64,000 nt of DNA from Phycisphaerales bacterium (GTDB lineage Bacteria > Planctomycetota > UBA1135 > UBA2386): the NCBI GenBank assembly GCA_020247305.1, contig JADCJE010000008.1, positions 82,807-146,806 of the forward strand, given 5' to 3'. Shown here piece after piece: positions 36,949-45,800 of the stretch. Under the pieces are notes generated by a model. The model was not told the origin of the DNA and ran no database searches. It saw only the letters and a program-made list of their open reading frames with translations. The position numbers and the translations under genes were made by a program. Positions within the stretch are counted from its first letter, which is position 1, and each line of letters starts with the position of its first letter.

Positions 36949-38388
36949 ATGCGACTTGGCCTGTCCCAATCGATGCGCGCCGAGCAGCGCCTCGTGCAAT
37001 CGCCGCAGATGATCCAGGCGATGCAGGTGCTGCAGCTGCCGTTGATGGAGCTGAAGGACCAGATCGAGCAGGAACTGCAGGAGAACGTCTTCCTCGAGCG
37101 CAAGGACGAAGCCGATCGCCCCGACCCGGGCGCGGCCGCTGCCGACGCGCAGCCCGCCGAGACCCCGTACGAGGACCGCCTGCAGCGCGAGTTCGCCACC
37201 GAGATCGAGCAGTTGGAGTCGCGCAACGACTCGTCGTGGCGCAACCGCAGCGGCAGCGGCGCCGGCGGCGAGGAGGAGGACAAGAAGCTCGAGGCGCTGG
37301 CGAACACGCCCGGACGCGCCACCTCGCTCGCCGACCACCTGATGACCCAGGTGCGCACCCAGGAGAAGGACGAGGCGCTGATCCGGGTCATCGAACACGT
37401 GGTGTTCTCGCTCGACGAGGACGGCCGCCTGGCCGACTCGCCGGAACAGGTCGCGCAGCAACTGCTGGCGCCGATCCCGCTGGCCGAGGAGGCCGTGCAG
37501 GTCGTGCGCGACCTCGAACCGGTCGGCGTCGGCGCCCGCGACCTGCGCGACTGCCTGCTGATGCAGCTCGACCACCTGACGTACGTGCCGGCGCTGACGC
37601 GTCGCCTCGTCGAGGAGCACCTCGACGACCTCGCGATGAACAAGCTGCCGAAGATCGCGAAGGAGAGCGGCGCGACGATCGACGCGATCAAGGAGGCGTG
37701 GGAGTTCCTCAAGCTGCACTGCAATCCGCACCCTGGCGCCGAATTCGGCGCCGGACCGGCGAGCGGAGTGGTTCCCGACGTGGTGGTCGAGGAGGTCGAC
37801 GGCCGCTTCGAGGTCAAGTCGCAGCGCGGCACGCTGCCCGACCTCGCGATCAGCGGCGTCTACCGCAGCCTGCTCCAGGAGGCCAAGAACGACCCGAAGG
37901 TCTACGAGTACCTGCGCCGCAAGATCGACGCCGCCAAGTGGTTCATCGAGGCGCTGCACCAGCGGCAGAACACCATCGAGCGCGTCGCCACCGAGGTGGT
38001 GCGCCGCCAGGAGGGCTTCTTGCGCCACGGCGTGCAGCACCTCAAGCCGATGAAGATGCAGGACATCGCCGACGCGGTGCGCGTGCACATCTCGACGGTC
38101 AGCCGGGCGACGTCTGGCAAGTACATCCAGACGCCGCAGGGCGTCTTCGACATGAAGCGCTTCTTCAGCAGCGGCACGATGTCCGACGCCGGCGACATGG
38201 TCAGCCAGCAGGCGATCAAGGACACGCTGAAGGGCATCGTCGAGACCGAGGACAAGGACCATCCGCTGTCCGACGACGACCTCGTCAGCGAACTCGGCAA
38301 GCGCGGCGTCCACGTCGCCCGCCGCACGATCACGAAGTACCGCAAGGCGCTCGGCATCGCCAGCAGCACGCGGCGCCGGCACTTCTGA
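36949..38388 (+). CDS. rpoN: RNA polymerase sigma-54
   Basis: N-terminal Gln-rich region I (LSQSMRAEQRLVQSPQMIQAMQVLQLP), an acidic region II, and the C-terminal RpoN box (ARRTITKYRKALGI). Confidence 0.9.
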   Translation: MRLGLSQSMRAEQRLVQSPQMIQAMQVLQLPLMELKDQIEQELQENVFLERKDEADRPDPGAAAADAQPAETPYEDRLQREFATEIEQLESRNDSSWRNRSGSGAGGEEEDKKLEALANTPGRATSLADHLMTQVRTQEKDEALIRVIEHVVFSLDEDGRLADSPEQVAQQLLAPIPLAEEAVQVVRDLEPVGVGARDLRDCLLMQLDHLTYVPALTRRLVEEHLDDLAMNKLPKIAKESGATIDAIKEAWEFLKLHCNPHPGAEFGAGPASGVVPDVVVEEVDGRFEVKSQRGTLPDLAISGVYRSLLQEAKNDPKVYEYLRRKIDAAKWFIEALHQRQNTIERVATEVVRRQEGFLRHGVQHLKPMKMQDIADAVRVHISTVSRATSGKYIQTPQGVFDMKRFFSSGTMSDAGDMVSQQAIKDTLKGIVETEDKDHPLSDDDLVSELGKRGVHVARRTITKYRKALGIASSTRRRHF

Positions 38389-38415
38389 GCCGGCTCGCCC
38401 GCGGAAGGCAACGCG

Positions 38416-38539
38416 CCTTAGCGTCCGGGAGCACGCCGCCGATCCTCGGCGGAGCGGCTGATCCTGCTGTGGTCAAGGGCCTCGGCCCAGCCGCGAATCC
38501 ACGCACCGGATCGGCACGCGTCCCATGACGCAGACTCCT
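38416..38539. repeat. Second copy of the same inverted-repeat intergenic element
   Basis: 38486-38539 (cccagccgcgaatccacgcaccggatcggcacgcgtcccatgacgcagactcct) closely matches the reverse complement of 16275-16331. 38416-38462 is a more diverged opposite-orientation half. Confidence 0.75.
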
Positions 38540-40223
38540 ACGGCACAGCGCCGTGAGCCCGCACCTTCACGACCACGATGCTGACGTCGTCGTCCTGGCG
38601 CGCGCGCCCCGTCCAATCGTGCAGCAGGCGCTGGATTGCAGCCAAGGCGTCCGCCGCCGTGCCGCCGGCGGCGCCGGCGGCAAAGGCCGCGGCGAGGCGC
38701 TCGTCGCCCAGCATGGCCCCGCCGTTCGCCGCCGCCTCGGTGAGTCCGTCGCTGTAGAACAACAGCGTGTCTCCGGGCGCGAGCGGCACCTCGCGCTCGC
38801 CGTACGTCGCGTCCGGCAGGAAGCCCAGCGGCGGTCCGTCCCCGGGGATCGCCGCGATGGTCCCGCTCGCCGCGCGCCAATGCAGCACCGGCGTGTGTCC
38901 GGCGTTGCACAGGGTGACCGTCGAGCCGTCGGCGGCGAGCCGGAACAGCACCGCGGTGACGAACATGCCGGTCGAACCGACCTCGTGCGCGACGGTGCCG
39001 TTCAGCCGCTCGGCGAGTGCCGACGTCTCCAGCCACGGCGCGCTGCCCCGCCAGTTGGCGCGATAGCTGGTCATCAGCAGCGCCGAGTTGATGCCGTGGC
39101 CCGACGCGTCGGCGACGACGGCATGGACCTCGCCACCGCTGCCGGCGAGCCAGTCGATGTGGTCGCCGCCGATGCGCTGCGCCGGAGTCGACGCCCAGGC
39201 GAAGTCGTACGAACTCGCAGTCGGCGCTTCGGTCGGCAAGCTGCACTTCTGGATCTGTGCCGCGATCTCCAGTTCACGCTCCAGCGACTGGTTGGCGATC
39301 GCCCTACGCTCCAGGTCGAGCCGGTGCAGCAGCGCCGCAGCGAGCGCGAGGAACGACTCCATCCGCTCGGCCACGAGGTGTTCTTCGCCGGCGGGCAATG
39401 CCGGATTGAACAGCACGCAGACGCCGGCGCAGATGCCGCTGTACGCCAGCGGGAGGACGACCACTCCGTGCAGGTGCGCCGGCGTGCACGACGGCGCGAG
39501 GCTGGCCAGCGGCTCGTCGTCCGAGCTTCGACGTTCGATGCGTGCGCCACCGTCGAGCAGGCCGAGCGGCCAGGACCCGCCGTCCACCGACTCAAACGAC
39601 GCCAGCAACGACTCCGGTATGCCGATCGCGTGCGCGAGGCGGAGGCTCGAATCGGTGCGGCCGACTTCCTCGAGCACGTACAGCGCGCCGGCCATGGCCT
39701 CGACGACGTTGGCCGCCACCTGCAGCAAGCGGGCGTGGACGGTCTCCGTGGTGTCCTCCTGGAACAGCGGGATCGCCTCCTCCACCGCCATCAACTTGGC
39801 GCCGAGCCGGGCGTTCTGGCTGCGTGCGTGCGTCAACAGCGCGAGGTTGGCGATCGCAGCTGCATAGTGCGCGGCGGCCTCCCCAAGACGCAGGCGAACC
39901 GCCGCATCCACATCGCCGCCGAGGCGGAGTTCGCCGAACTCCTCGCCGCGGATCCGCAGCGCCAAGCGCCGCTGTTCCGGCTGCGGCCACGACGCCGCAC
40001 CGAGCGTCTCGCCGGCCTGCAACGGGCAATCCGGTGTCGCCGACCGGACGAACAGTCCATCCCCGCCATCGGTGAACAGGCAGACGGCGGCTGGCGCACC
40101 AGGAGCGATCGCCGCGACCATCGCCAGGAACGCCGCATCGGCCTCGGCGTCGCTGCCGGCGCCGTGCAATGCGGCGAGGGCGTCGACCATGCGGTCGTCG
40201 ACCGGAGGTGCCGAGGCGACCAT
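38538..40223 (-). CDS. PP2C/SpoIIE-family serine phosphatase with N-terminal GAF-like sensory domains
   Basis: C-terminal PP2C motifs (GGDHIDW, VVADASGHG, AGHTPVL, LFYSDGLTEA, DDVSIVVVKV). Confidence 0.8.
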   Translation of the reverse strand: MVASAPPVDDRMVDALAALHGAGSDAEADAAFLAMVAAIAPGAPAAVCLFTDGGDGLFVRSATPDCPLQAGETLGAASWPQPEQRRLALRIRGEEFGELRLGGDVDAAVRLRLGEAAAHYAAAIANLALLTHARSQNARLGAKLMAVEEAIPLFQEDTTETVHARLLQVAANVVEAMAGALYVLEEVGRTDSSLRLAHAIGIPESLLASFESVDGGSWPLGLLDGGARIERRSSDDEPLASLAPSCTPAHLHGVVVLPLAYSGICAGVCVLFNPALPAGEEHLVAERMESFLALAAALLHRLDLERRAIANQSLERELEIAAQIQKCSLPTEAPTASSYDFAWASTPAQRIGGDHIDWLAGSGGEVHAVVADASGHGINSALLMTSYRANWRGSAPWLETSALAERLNGTVAHEVGSTGMFVTAVLFRLAADGSTVTLCNAGHTPVLHWRAASGTIAAIPGDGPPLGFLPDATYGEREVPLAPGDTLLFYSDGLTEAAANGGAMLGDERLAAAFAAGAAGGTAADALAAIQRLLHDWTGRARQDDDVSIVVVKVRAHGAVP

Positions 40224-40229
40224 CGTCGC

Positions 40230-41108
40230 TCAACTCCCCAGGTTGCGGAACGCGGCCAGCGCGTCGTCCATGACCTTCGCGAGCTCAGCGCGCAACGACG
40301 ACCAGCGCGCATCGTCGAGGCCGAGGGCTGCGAAGTCGCCAGGCACGTACTCGCCGGGGGGCTGCATGCCGGGCAGGAAGCCGGTCCCGATCTCGTGCGC
40401 CAGCGCCTCGGCGAGGCTTACTGCCGCCGTCACGCGCGACGTCCGGTCAGCCGTCGCATCCGTCCGCTGGAACACGGCCCGGATCTCGGGCGCGAGGTTC
40501 CAACGGGCGACGACGAGGCCGCCGGCCTCGATGTGGTCCATGCCGACGCGGCGACGCTCCTGCTCGCAGACGTCCGCGAGGGCGCCGTGCATCGGTTGCG
40601 CGTCCCCGAGGTAGGCGACGAGCAGCAACTTGCCGATGTCGTGCAGCAGCCCGGTGACGAAGGCGACCTCGGCGTCGTCCGGGCTGAAGCGGCACGCGGT
40701 GGCGAGCCGCCGGGCGCCGGCGGCGACGACGACGGCGTGGGCCCACAGCCCCAGCGGCTCGTGCCCGTACACGCGGAAGTCGCGCTGCATGAGCCTCGCC
40801 GTGCTGGTGGCGAGGACGAGGCTGCGCACGCCGCGGAAGCCGAGCACCATGACCGCTTCCTTGATGGTCCGGATCGGCCGGTTCAGCCCGTAGAAGGCCG
40901 AGTTGACGGTCGCGAGCATCTTGGCGACGAGGACCTGGTCGTTTTGAACCAGCGCTTCGAGATCGCACGGCTCGGTGGTCGGCTCGTTGAGCATCCCGAG
41001 CAGGCGCATGACGAGGTCGGGCAAGGGCGGGATGAGATCGCTCTTGTTCAGGATCTCCCGACGGGTCGTCTCCCGTTGCGCCAGCAGGTTGAGCGTCGCT
41101 CGCGTCAT
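40230..41108 (-). CDS. HDOD-domain signalling protein
   Basis: PPLPDLVMRLLGML, SAFYGL and GLLHDIGKLLL motifs. Its stop lies 6 nt upstream of the phosphatase start. Confidence 0.8.
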   Translation of the reverse strand: MTRATLNLLAQRETTRREILNKSDLIPPLPDLVMRLLGMLNEPTTEPCDLEALVQNDQVLVAKMLATVNSAFYGLNRPIRTIKEAVMVLGFRGVRSLVLATSTARLMQRDFRVYGHEPLGLWAHAVVVAAGARRLATACRFSPDDAEVAFVTGLLHDIGKLLLVAYLGDAQPMHGALADVCEQERRRVGMDHIEAGGLVVARWNLAPEIRAVFQRTDATADRTSRVTAAVSLAEALAHEIGTGFLPGMQPPGEYVPGDFAALGLDDARWSSLRAELAKVMDDALAAFRNLGS

Positions 41109-41211
41109 CGCGGTGTCCTTGGTCGTGCCGTCTCCGCGCCTTCTTTCGTCCACCCGTCATCGGACCTGAAGGCGCAGTGCCGGCCAGGGATCCACGGATG
41201 CGACCGCTGCC

Positions 41212-41841
41212 TTGCCATGGCCGGGACGCCGCGCGCCGTCTCGCGGACGCGACGTCGACGTGCAGCGGTTCGAGCGCAGCGTCGATACCGCCGCCGTGGA
41301 CGTGATCGCGAGCCAAGCCGACAGCCAGGCGCGCAAGCGACCGCCGGAACCGCGCGGCGGCCGACGGCGCGACGTCCTGTGGATCGCGGCCGCTGCGGCC
41401 ATGCTGCAGGCCTCGGTGCTGCAGGTGAGCGTCGTGCGCGGCACGTCGATGGAGCCGACGCTGTGCGACGGCGACCGCCTGGTGGTCGACCGGATCGCGC
41501 GCGGCATCGGCGGCCTCGAGCACGGCGACGTCGTCGTGCTGCGCAACCCGGTCGAGAGCGGCATCGACTTCGTCAAGCGGGTGGTCGCCCTGCCCGGCGA
41601 TCGCGTCGCGCTGCGCGGTGGCCGCCTGCTCGTGAACGGCGCCGAGGCCGAGCGCTTCGAGCACGTGCCCGACGACTACGACATGCCGGAACTGGTCGTG
41701 CCGGCCGACCACGTCTTCGTGCTCGGCGACAACCGACCGGTCAGCGCCGACTCCCGCGACTTCGGCATCGTGCCGGGTCCGTTGCTGCTCGGCACGGTGC
41801 GGGCAAGGGTCTGGCCACCCGCTCGGGCCGCCCTGCTCTGA
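41212..41841 (+). CDS. lepB: Signal peptidase I
   Basis: S26 motifs GTSMEPTL, FVKRVVALPGD and GDNRPVSADSRDFG. The start codon is uncertain: TTG at 41212, with several in-frame GTGs downstream. Confidence 0.8.
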   Translation: MPWPGRRAPSRGRDVDVQRFERSVDTAAVDVIASQADSQARKRPPEPRGGRRRDVLWIAAAAAMLQASVLQVSVVRGTSMEPTLCDGDRLVVDRIARGIGGLEHGDVVVLRNPVESGIDFVKRVVALPGDRVALRGGRLLVNGAEAERFEHVPDDYDMPELVVPADHVFVLGDNRPVSADSRDFGIVPGPLLLGTVRARVWPPARAALL

Positions 41842-41902
41842 CGCGCCCGCAGCCACGCCGTGGCCATCACAGCGCGCGGTCGCAGACAGCCATTGCCCCC
41901 CC

Positions 41903-41968
41903 GGTGCGCCCGAGGTCGCTCGCCGCGTCGCGGCAGCACCCCGGGAACACGCGGATCGCTGCGCCCGC
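41903..41968. repeat. 66-bp direct repeat, copy 1
   Basis: ggtgcgcccgaggtcgctcgccgcgtcgcggcagcaccccgggaacacgcggatcgctgcgcccgc differs from copy 2 at 3 positions. Confidence 0.9.
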
Positions 41969-42020
41969 GTCGACGGCGTGCGGGCCGTCCCTGGCGCCGC
42001 CGCAGCAGGCTGGCTGCCCT

Positions 42021-42086
42021 GGTGCGCCCGAGGTCGCTCGCCGCGTTGCGGCAGCGCCCCGGGAACACGCTGATCGCTGCGCCCGC
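42021..42086. repeat. 66-bp direct repeat, copy 2
   Basis: Same sequence 118 bp downstream of copy 1. Its 3' end forms the left arm of the hairpin at 42070-42107. Confidence 0.9.
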
Positions 42087-42107
42087 TTCGCGGGCGCCAG
42101 CGATCAG
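42070..42107. terminator. 16-bp GC-rich hairpin overlapping the ahcY stop codon (candidate bidirectional terminator between lepB and ahcY)
   Basis: ctgatcgctgcgcccg / cgggcgccagcgatcag pair as 10 bp + a 1-nt bulge + 6 bp, with loop cttcg. No U-tract on either strand, so intrinsic terminator function is unproven. Confidence 0.4.
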
Positions 42108-43591
42108 TACCGGTAGTGCACCGGCTTGAACGGGCCCTCGGCGCCGATGCCGAGGTACTCCGACTGCTTCTTCGACAGTTTCGTCAGCTTCACGCCGAGC
42201 TTGGCGAGGTGCAGGCGCGCGACCTTCTCGTCGAGGTGCTTGGGCAGCGTGTGCACGCGCGTCTCGTAGCTCTTGTGGTTGTTGAACAGTTCGATCTGCG
42301 CGATCACCTGGTTGGTGAAGCTGTTCGACATGACGAAGCTCGGGTGGCCGGTGGCGCAGCCGAGGTTCATCAGGCGGCCTTCGGCGAGCACGATCACGCC
42401 GTGTCCGTCATCGAACACCCAGCGGTCGGTCTGCGGCTTGATGTTGTCCTTGCGGATGCCAGAGACCTTCGCGAGGCCGGCCATGTCGATCTCGTTGTCG
42501 AAGTGGCCGATGTTCGCGACGATCGCGTTGTTCTTCATCCGCTTCATGTGGTCGACCGTGATGACCTGGTAGTTGCCGGTCGCCGTGACGAAGATGTCGG
42601 CGTAGTCGACGCAGTCCTCGATGGTGAGGACCTGGTAGCCCTCCATCGCGGCCTGCAGCGCGCAGATCGGGTCGATCTCGGTCACGATGACGCGGGCGCC
42701 CTGGCCCTTCAGCGACTGGGCGCTGCCCTTGCCGACGTCGCCGTAGCCGCAGACGACCGCGACCTTGCCCGACAGCATGACGTCCGTCGCGCGCATCAGG
42801 CCGTCGGTCAGCGAGTGGCGGCAGCCGTAGACGTTGTCGAACTTCGACTTCGTCACGCTGTCGTTGACGTTCATCGCCGGGAACGGCAGCTGGCCCGCCT
42901 TCTCCATCTGGTAGAGGCGGTGCACGCCCGTCGTCGTCTCCTCGCTGACGCCGCGGATGCCCGGCAGCATCTTCGACCACTTGCGGTCGTTGGCGGCGAT
43001 CGAGGCCTTCATGCACTTGAGCAGCTCGACCCAGTCCTCGCCGTCGTCCTTCTTGGCCGCGGGGACCTTGCCGGCCTTCTCCCACTCGGCGCCCTTCATG
43101 ATCATCATGGTCGCGTCGCCGCCGTCGTCGAGGATCATGTTCGGGCCGTCCTCGCCTGGCCACGTGAGCGCCTGCTCCGTGCACCACCAGTACTCCTCCA
43201 GCGTCTCGCCCTTCCAGGCGAACACCGGCACGCCCATCGGCTTGTCGACGGTGCCCTTCGGGCCGACGGCGATCGCCGCGGCGGCGTGGTCCTGCGTGCT
43301 GAAGATGTTGCACGAGGCCCAGCGGACCTCGGCGCCGAGCTCGACGAGCGTCTCGATCAGCACGGCGGTCTGGATGGTCATGTGCAGCGAACCGATGATG
43401 CGCGCGCCCTTCAGCGGCTGCTTCTTGCGGTACTCCTCGCGCAGCGCCATCAGGCCGGGCATCTCCACCTCGGCGAGCTGCATCTCCTTGCGGCCGAAGT
43501 CGGCCAGGGACAGGTCCTTGACCTTGAAGTCGTTCGGGCCGAGCACCTTGGGCTTGCTGGCCTTGGTCTTGGGAGCGTTGATCGTGGTCAT
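42104..43591 (-). CDS. ahcY: S-adenosyl-L-homocysteine hydrolase
   Basis: Near-textbook AhcY sequence ([43 protein letters not shown]). ATG at 43591. Confidence 0.95.
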   Translation of the reverse strand: MTTINAPKTKASKPKVLGPNDFKVKDLSLADFGRKEMQLAEVEMPGLMALREEYRKKQPLKGARIIGSLHMTIQTAVLIETLVELGAEVRWASCNIFSTQDHAAAAIAVGPKGTVDKPMGVPVFAWKGETLEEYWWCTEQALTWPGEDGPNMILDDGGDATMMIMKGAEWEKAGKVPAAKKDDGEDWVELLKCMKASIAANDRKWSKMLPGIRGVSEETTTGVHRLYQMEKAGQLPFPAMNVNDSVTKSKFDNVYGCRHSLTDGLMRATDVMLSGKVAVVCGYGDVGKGSAQSLKGQGARVIVTEIDPICALQAAMEGYQVLTIEDCVDYADIFVTATGNYQVITVDHMKRMKNNAIVANIGHFDNEIDMAGLAKVSGIRKDNIKPQTDRWVFDDGHGVIVLAEGRLMNLGCATGHPSFVMSNSFTNQVIAQIELFNNHKSYETRVHTLPKHLDEKVARLHLAKLGVKLTKLSKKQSEYLGIGAEGPFKPVHYRY

Positions 43592-43634
43592 CGTTCTCTC
43601 GTTCGTCGTTCGGGGCTGGGAAAACAGGGAAAGG

Positions 43635-44627
43635 TCAGACGCGGGGCGCAGGCTTGACGCCGCGCACCGCGAACATCGGGAAGTCGACGGCCTCCGTGTC
43701 GCCGGCGGCGACGCGGTGGCGGTCGTGCAGCTCCTCGACCCGCAGGTCGCCGAAGCCGGCGCGCGCCAGGGCGCCGACGACCTGCTCGGGCTTGAGGCCC
43801 AGGCGCAGGTCGCCCATGCGCTCGCGCATCCACTCGCACTCGTGCGGCTGCAGGTCGCTGACGACCACCACGCCGCCCGGACGCAGCACGCGCAGCGTCT
43901 CGCGCGCGGCAGCGTCGTGGTCGGGCAGGTGGTGCCAGACGAGGTTGCTGAAGGCGGCGTCGACCTCGCCGTCGGCGAGCGGCAGCGCGTCGAGTTCGCC
44001 GACGCGGAAGGCAACGCGACCGCCAGCGGCGGCGCGGCGCGCGGCGCCGAGCATGCGTTCGCTGTGGTCGACGGCGACGACGTCGCCGCCGTGCGCGGCG
44101 AGCCACGACGCCAGGAAGCCGGCGCCACAGCCGAGGTCGGCGACGCGGCCGCCGGCCGGCCACGCCAGTGCGACCAGTTCGGCGCGCAGCGTGCCGAGCG
44201 CGAACTCCTCGCCGACGGCGCGCCAGCGGTCCGCTAGAGCGTCGTGCGCCTGCCGGCTCTTCTGCCGCCGCTGGTCGAGCACGGCGCGCAGCGCCTTGGC
44301 GTCGGCGGCGCCGACGTCGCTGGCGAGCAGCGGCTGCACCGTCGCGGCGAAGAGCGATGGCGACAGCGGCCCGTCGTCGCTCGGCTCGGCGAGGCGGTGG
44401 AAGCTCCACGAACCTTCGCGCCGGTCGCGCACCAAGCCCGCGCGCTTGAGCAGCGACAGGTGGTTGCTGATCCGACTCTGCTGCATGCCGGTCACGGCGA
44501 CCAGTTCCTGGACCGCCAACTCGGCCCGCGACAGCAGCGCGCACAGCCGCAGCCGGACCGGGTCCGAGAGCAGCTTTAGCGTCGTGTGCAGGCTCGCAAG
44601 GGCCGTCGCCATCAGCAGCAACACCAT
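43635..44627 (-). CDS. ArsR-family HTH regulator fused to SAM-dependent methyltransferase
   Basis: N-terminal ArsR wHTH ([16 protein letters not shown]...[14 protein letters not shown]). The C-terminal half carries SAM motif I ([10 protein letters not shown]). An alternative ATG at 44613 is possible. Confidence 0.8.
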   Translation of the reverse strand: MVLLLMATALASLHTTLKLLSDPVRLRLCALLSRAELAVQELVAVTGMQQSRISNHLSLLKRAGLVRDRREGSWSFHRLAEPSDDGPLSPSLFAATVQPLLASDVGAADAKALRAVLDQRRQKSRQAHDALADRWRAVGEEFALGTLRAELVALAWPAGGRVADLGCGAGFLASWLAAHGGDVVAVDHSERMLGAARRAAAGGRVAFRVGELDALPLADGEVDAAFSNLVWHHLPDHDAAARETLRVLRPGGVVVVSDLQPHECEWMRERMGDLRLGLKPEQVVGALARAGFGDLRVEELHDRHRVAAGDTEAVDFPMFAVRGVKPAPRV

Positions 44628-44645
44628 ATCACGACATCATGATAT
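44626..44645. promoter_or_regulatory. AT-rich inverted repeat ATATCA-N8-TGATAT at the 5' end of the ArsR-methyltransferase gene (candidate ArsR operator)
   Basis: atatcacgacatcatgatat read at 44626-44645. This is by eye the most AT-rich patch in the neighbourhood. It lies upstream of the alternative ATG at 44613. Confidence 0.35.
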
Positions 44646-44789
44646 GCCGCAAGCTCCAAGTACCAAGGGGAGTTCCGTCGGGTGCCGAGGAGTCCCCCAC
44701 GGGACCGGCACAACGGCAGGGCAGCGTCCCGCCATCGGCGGGCGTGCGCAGGCGGCAGGCCGGCCGCCGCAGGGCGGCCAGCGTCGGGG

Positions 44790-45800
44790 TCAGCCGACGT
44801 CCCAGATTTCGCCGGCGTACAGCAGGTCGCGCAGCGACTCCTGCTTCTTCGCCTTGGCGGCGGCGATCTGCGCCTGCAGGCCGTCCTCGAAGGTCGGCTT
44901 GTCGCGGCGGCGGAACACCCCCACCGGCACCGGGAACTCGCTCTCGCTCATCGTCGCCAGCGCCATCGCCGGTGCTGGGCTCTCAGCGGTCTCGTCCCAG
45001 ACGTAGGCCTTGCCGAGGTCGCCGCCCGACACGAGGCAGGGCCGGAAGTTGGCGTCGAACGCGAGGCCCTGGTCCTTGTTGGCGCCGAACAGCAGCGGCT
45101 GGCCGTGCTGCAGGAACAGCAGGCGCGCGTCGCGCACTTCCTTGTCGGTGAAGCCCTTGTAGGCGCCGTCGTTGAAGATGTTGCAGTTCTGGTAGATCTC
45201 GACGACGGCGGTGCCGGCGTGCGCGCTGGCGCGGCAGACCATGTCCTCCAGGTGCGGGCCGAGGATGTCGACGCCGCGCGCGACGAACGTGCCGCCGGCG
45301 CCGAGCGACAGCGCGATCGGCGAGAACGGGTAGTCGACGGTGCCGAGCGGCGAGCTCTTGGTGACCTTGCCCTGCTCGCTCGTCGGCGAGAACTGGCCCT
45401 TGGTCAGCCCGTAGATGCGGTTGTTGAACATCAGGATCTTCAGCCCGACGTTGCGCCGCATGGCGTGGATGAAGTGGTTGCCGCCGATCGACATGGCGTC
45501 GCCGTCGCCGGTAACGACCCAGACGTCGAGCGCCGGGTTGCTCGCCTTCACGCCGGTCGCGAGCGCGGGCGCGCGACCGTGGATGGTGTGGAACCCGTAC
45601 GTCTCCATGTAGTACGGGAAGCGTGAGCTGCAGCCGATGCCGCTGATGATCACGGTCTCGTGCAGCTGCTTGCCGAGCTTGGCGAACGCCCCCTGCACGG
45701 CGTTGAGGATCGAGTAGTCGCCGCAGCCTGGGCACCAACGGACCTCCTGGTCCGTCTTGTAGTCCTTCTTCTGCATCACGGGACGGTCGACGGCGGTCAC
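44790..45800 (-). CDS. korB: 2-oxoacid:ferredoxin oxidoreductase, beta (TPP-binding) subunit
   Basis: WCPGCGDYSIL and GDGDAMSIGGNH TPP motif. The GTG start overlaps the korA stop (GTGA). Alternative ATG at 45776. Confidence 0.85.
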   Translation of the reverse strand: MTAVDRPVMQKKDYKTDQEVRWCPGCGDYSILNAVQGAFAKLGKQLHETVIISGIGCSSRFPYYMETYGFHTIHGRAPALATGVKASNPALDVWVVTGDGDAMSIGGNHFIHAMRRNVGLKILMFNNRIYGLTKGQFSPTSEQGKVTKSSPLGTVDYPFSPIALSLGAGGTFVARGVDILGPHLEDMVCRASAHAGTAVVEIYQNCNIFNDGAYKGFTDKEVRDARLLFLQHGQPLLFGANKDQGLAFDANFRPCLVSGGDLGKAYVWDETAESPAPAMALATMSESEFPVPVGVFRRRDKPTFEDGLQAQIAAAKAKKQESLRDLLYAGEIWDVG

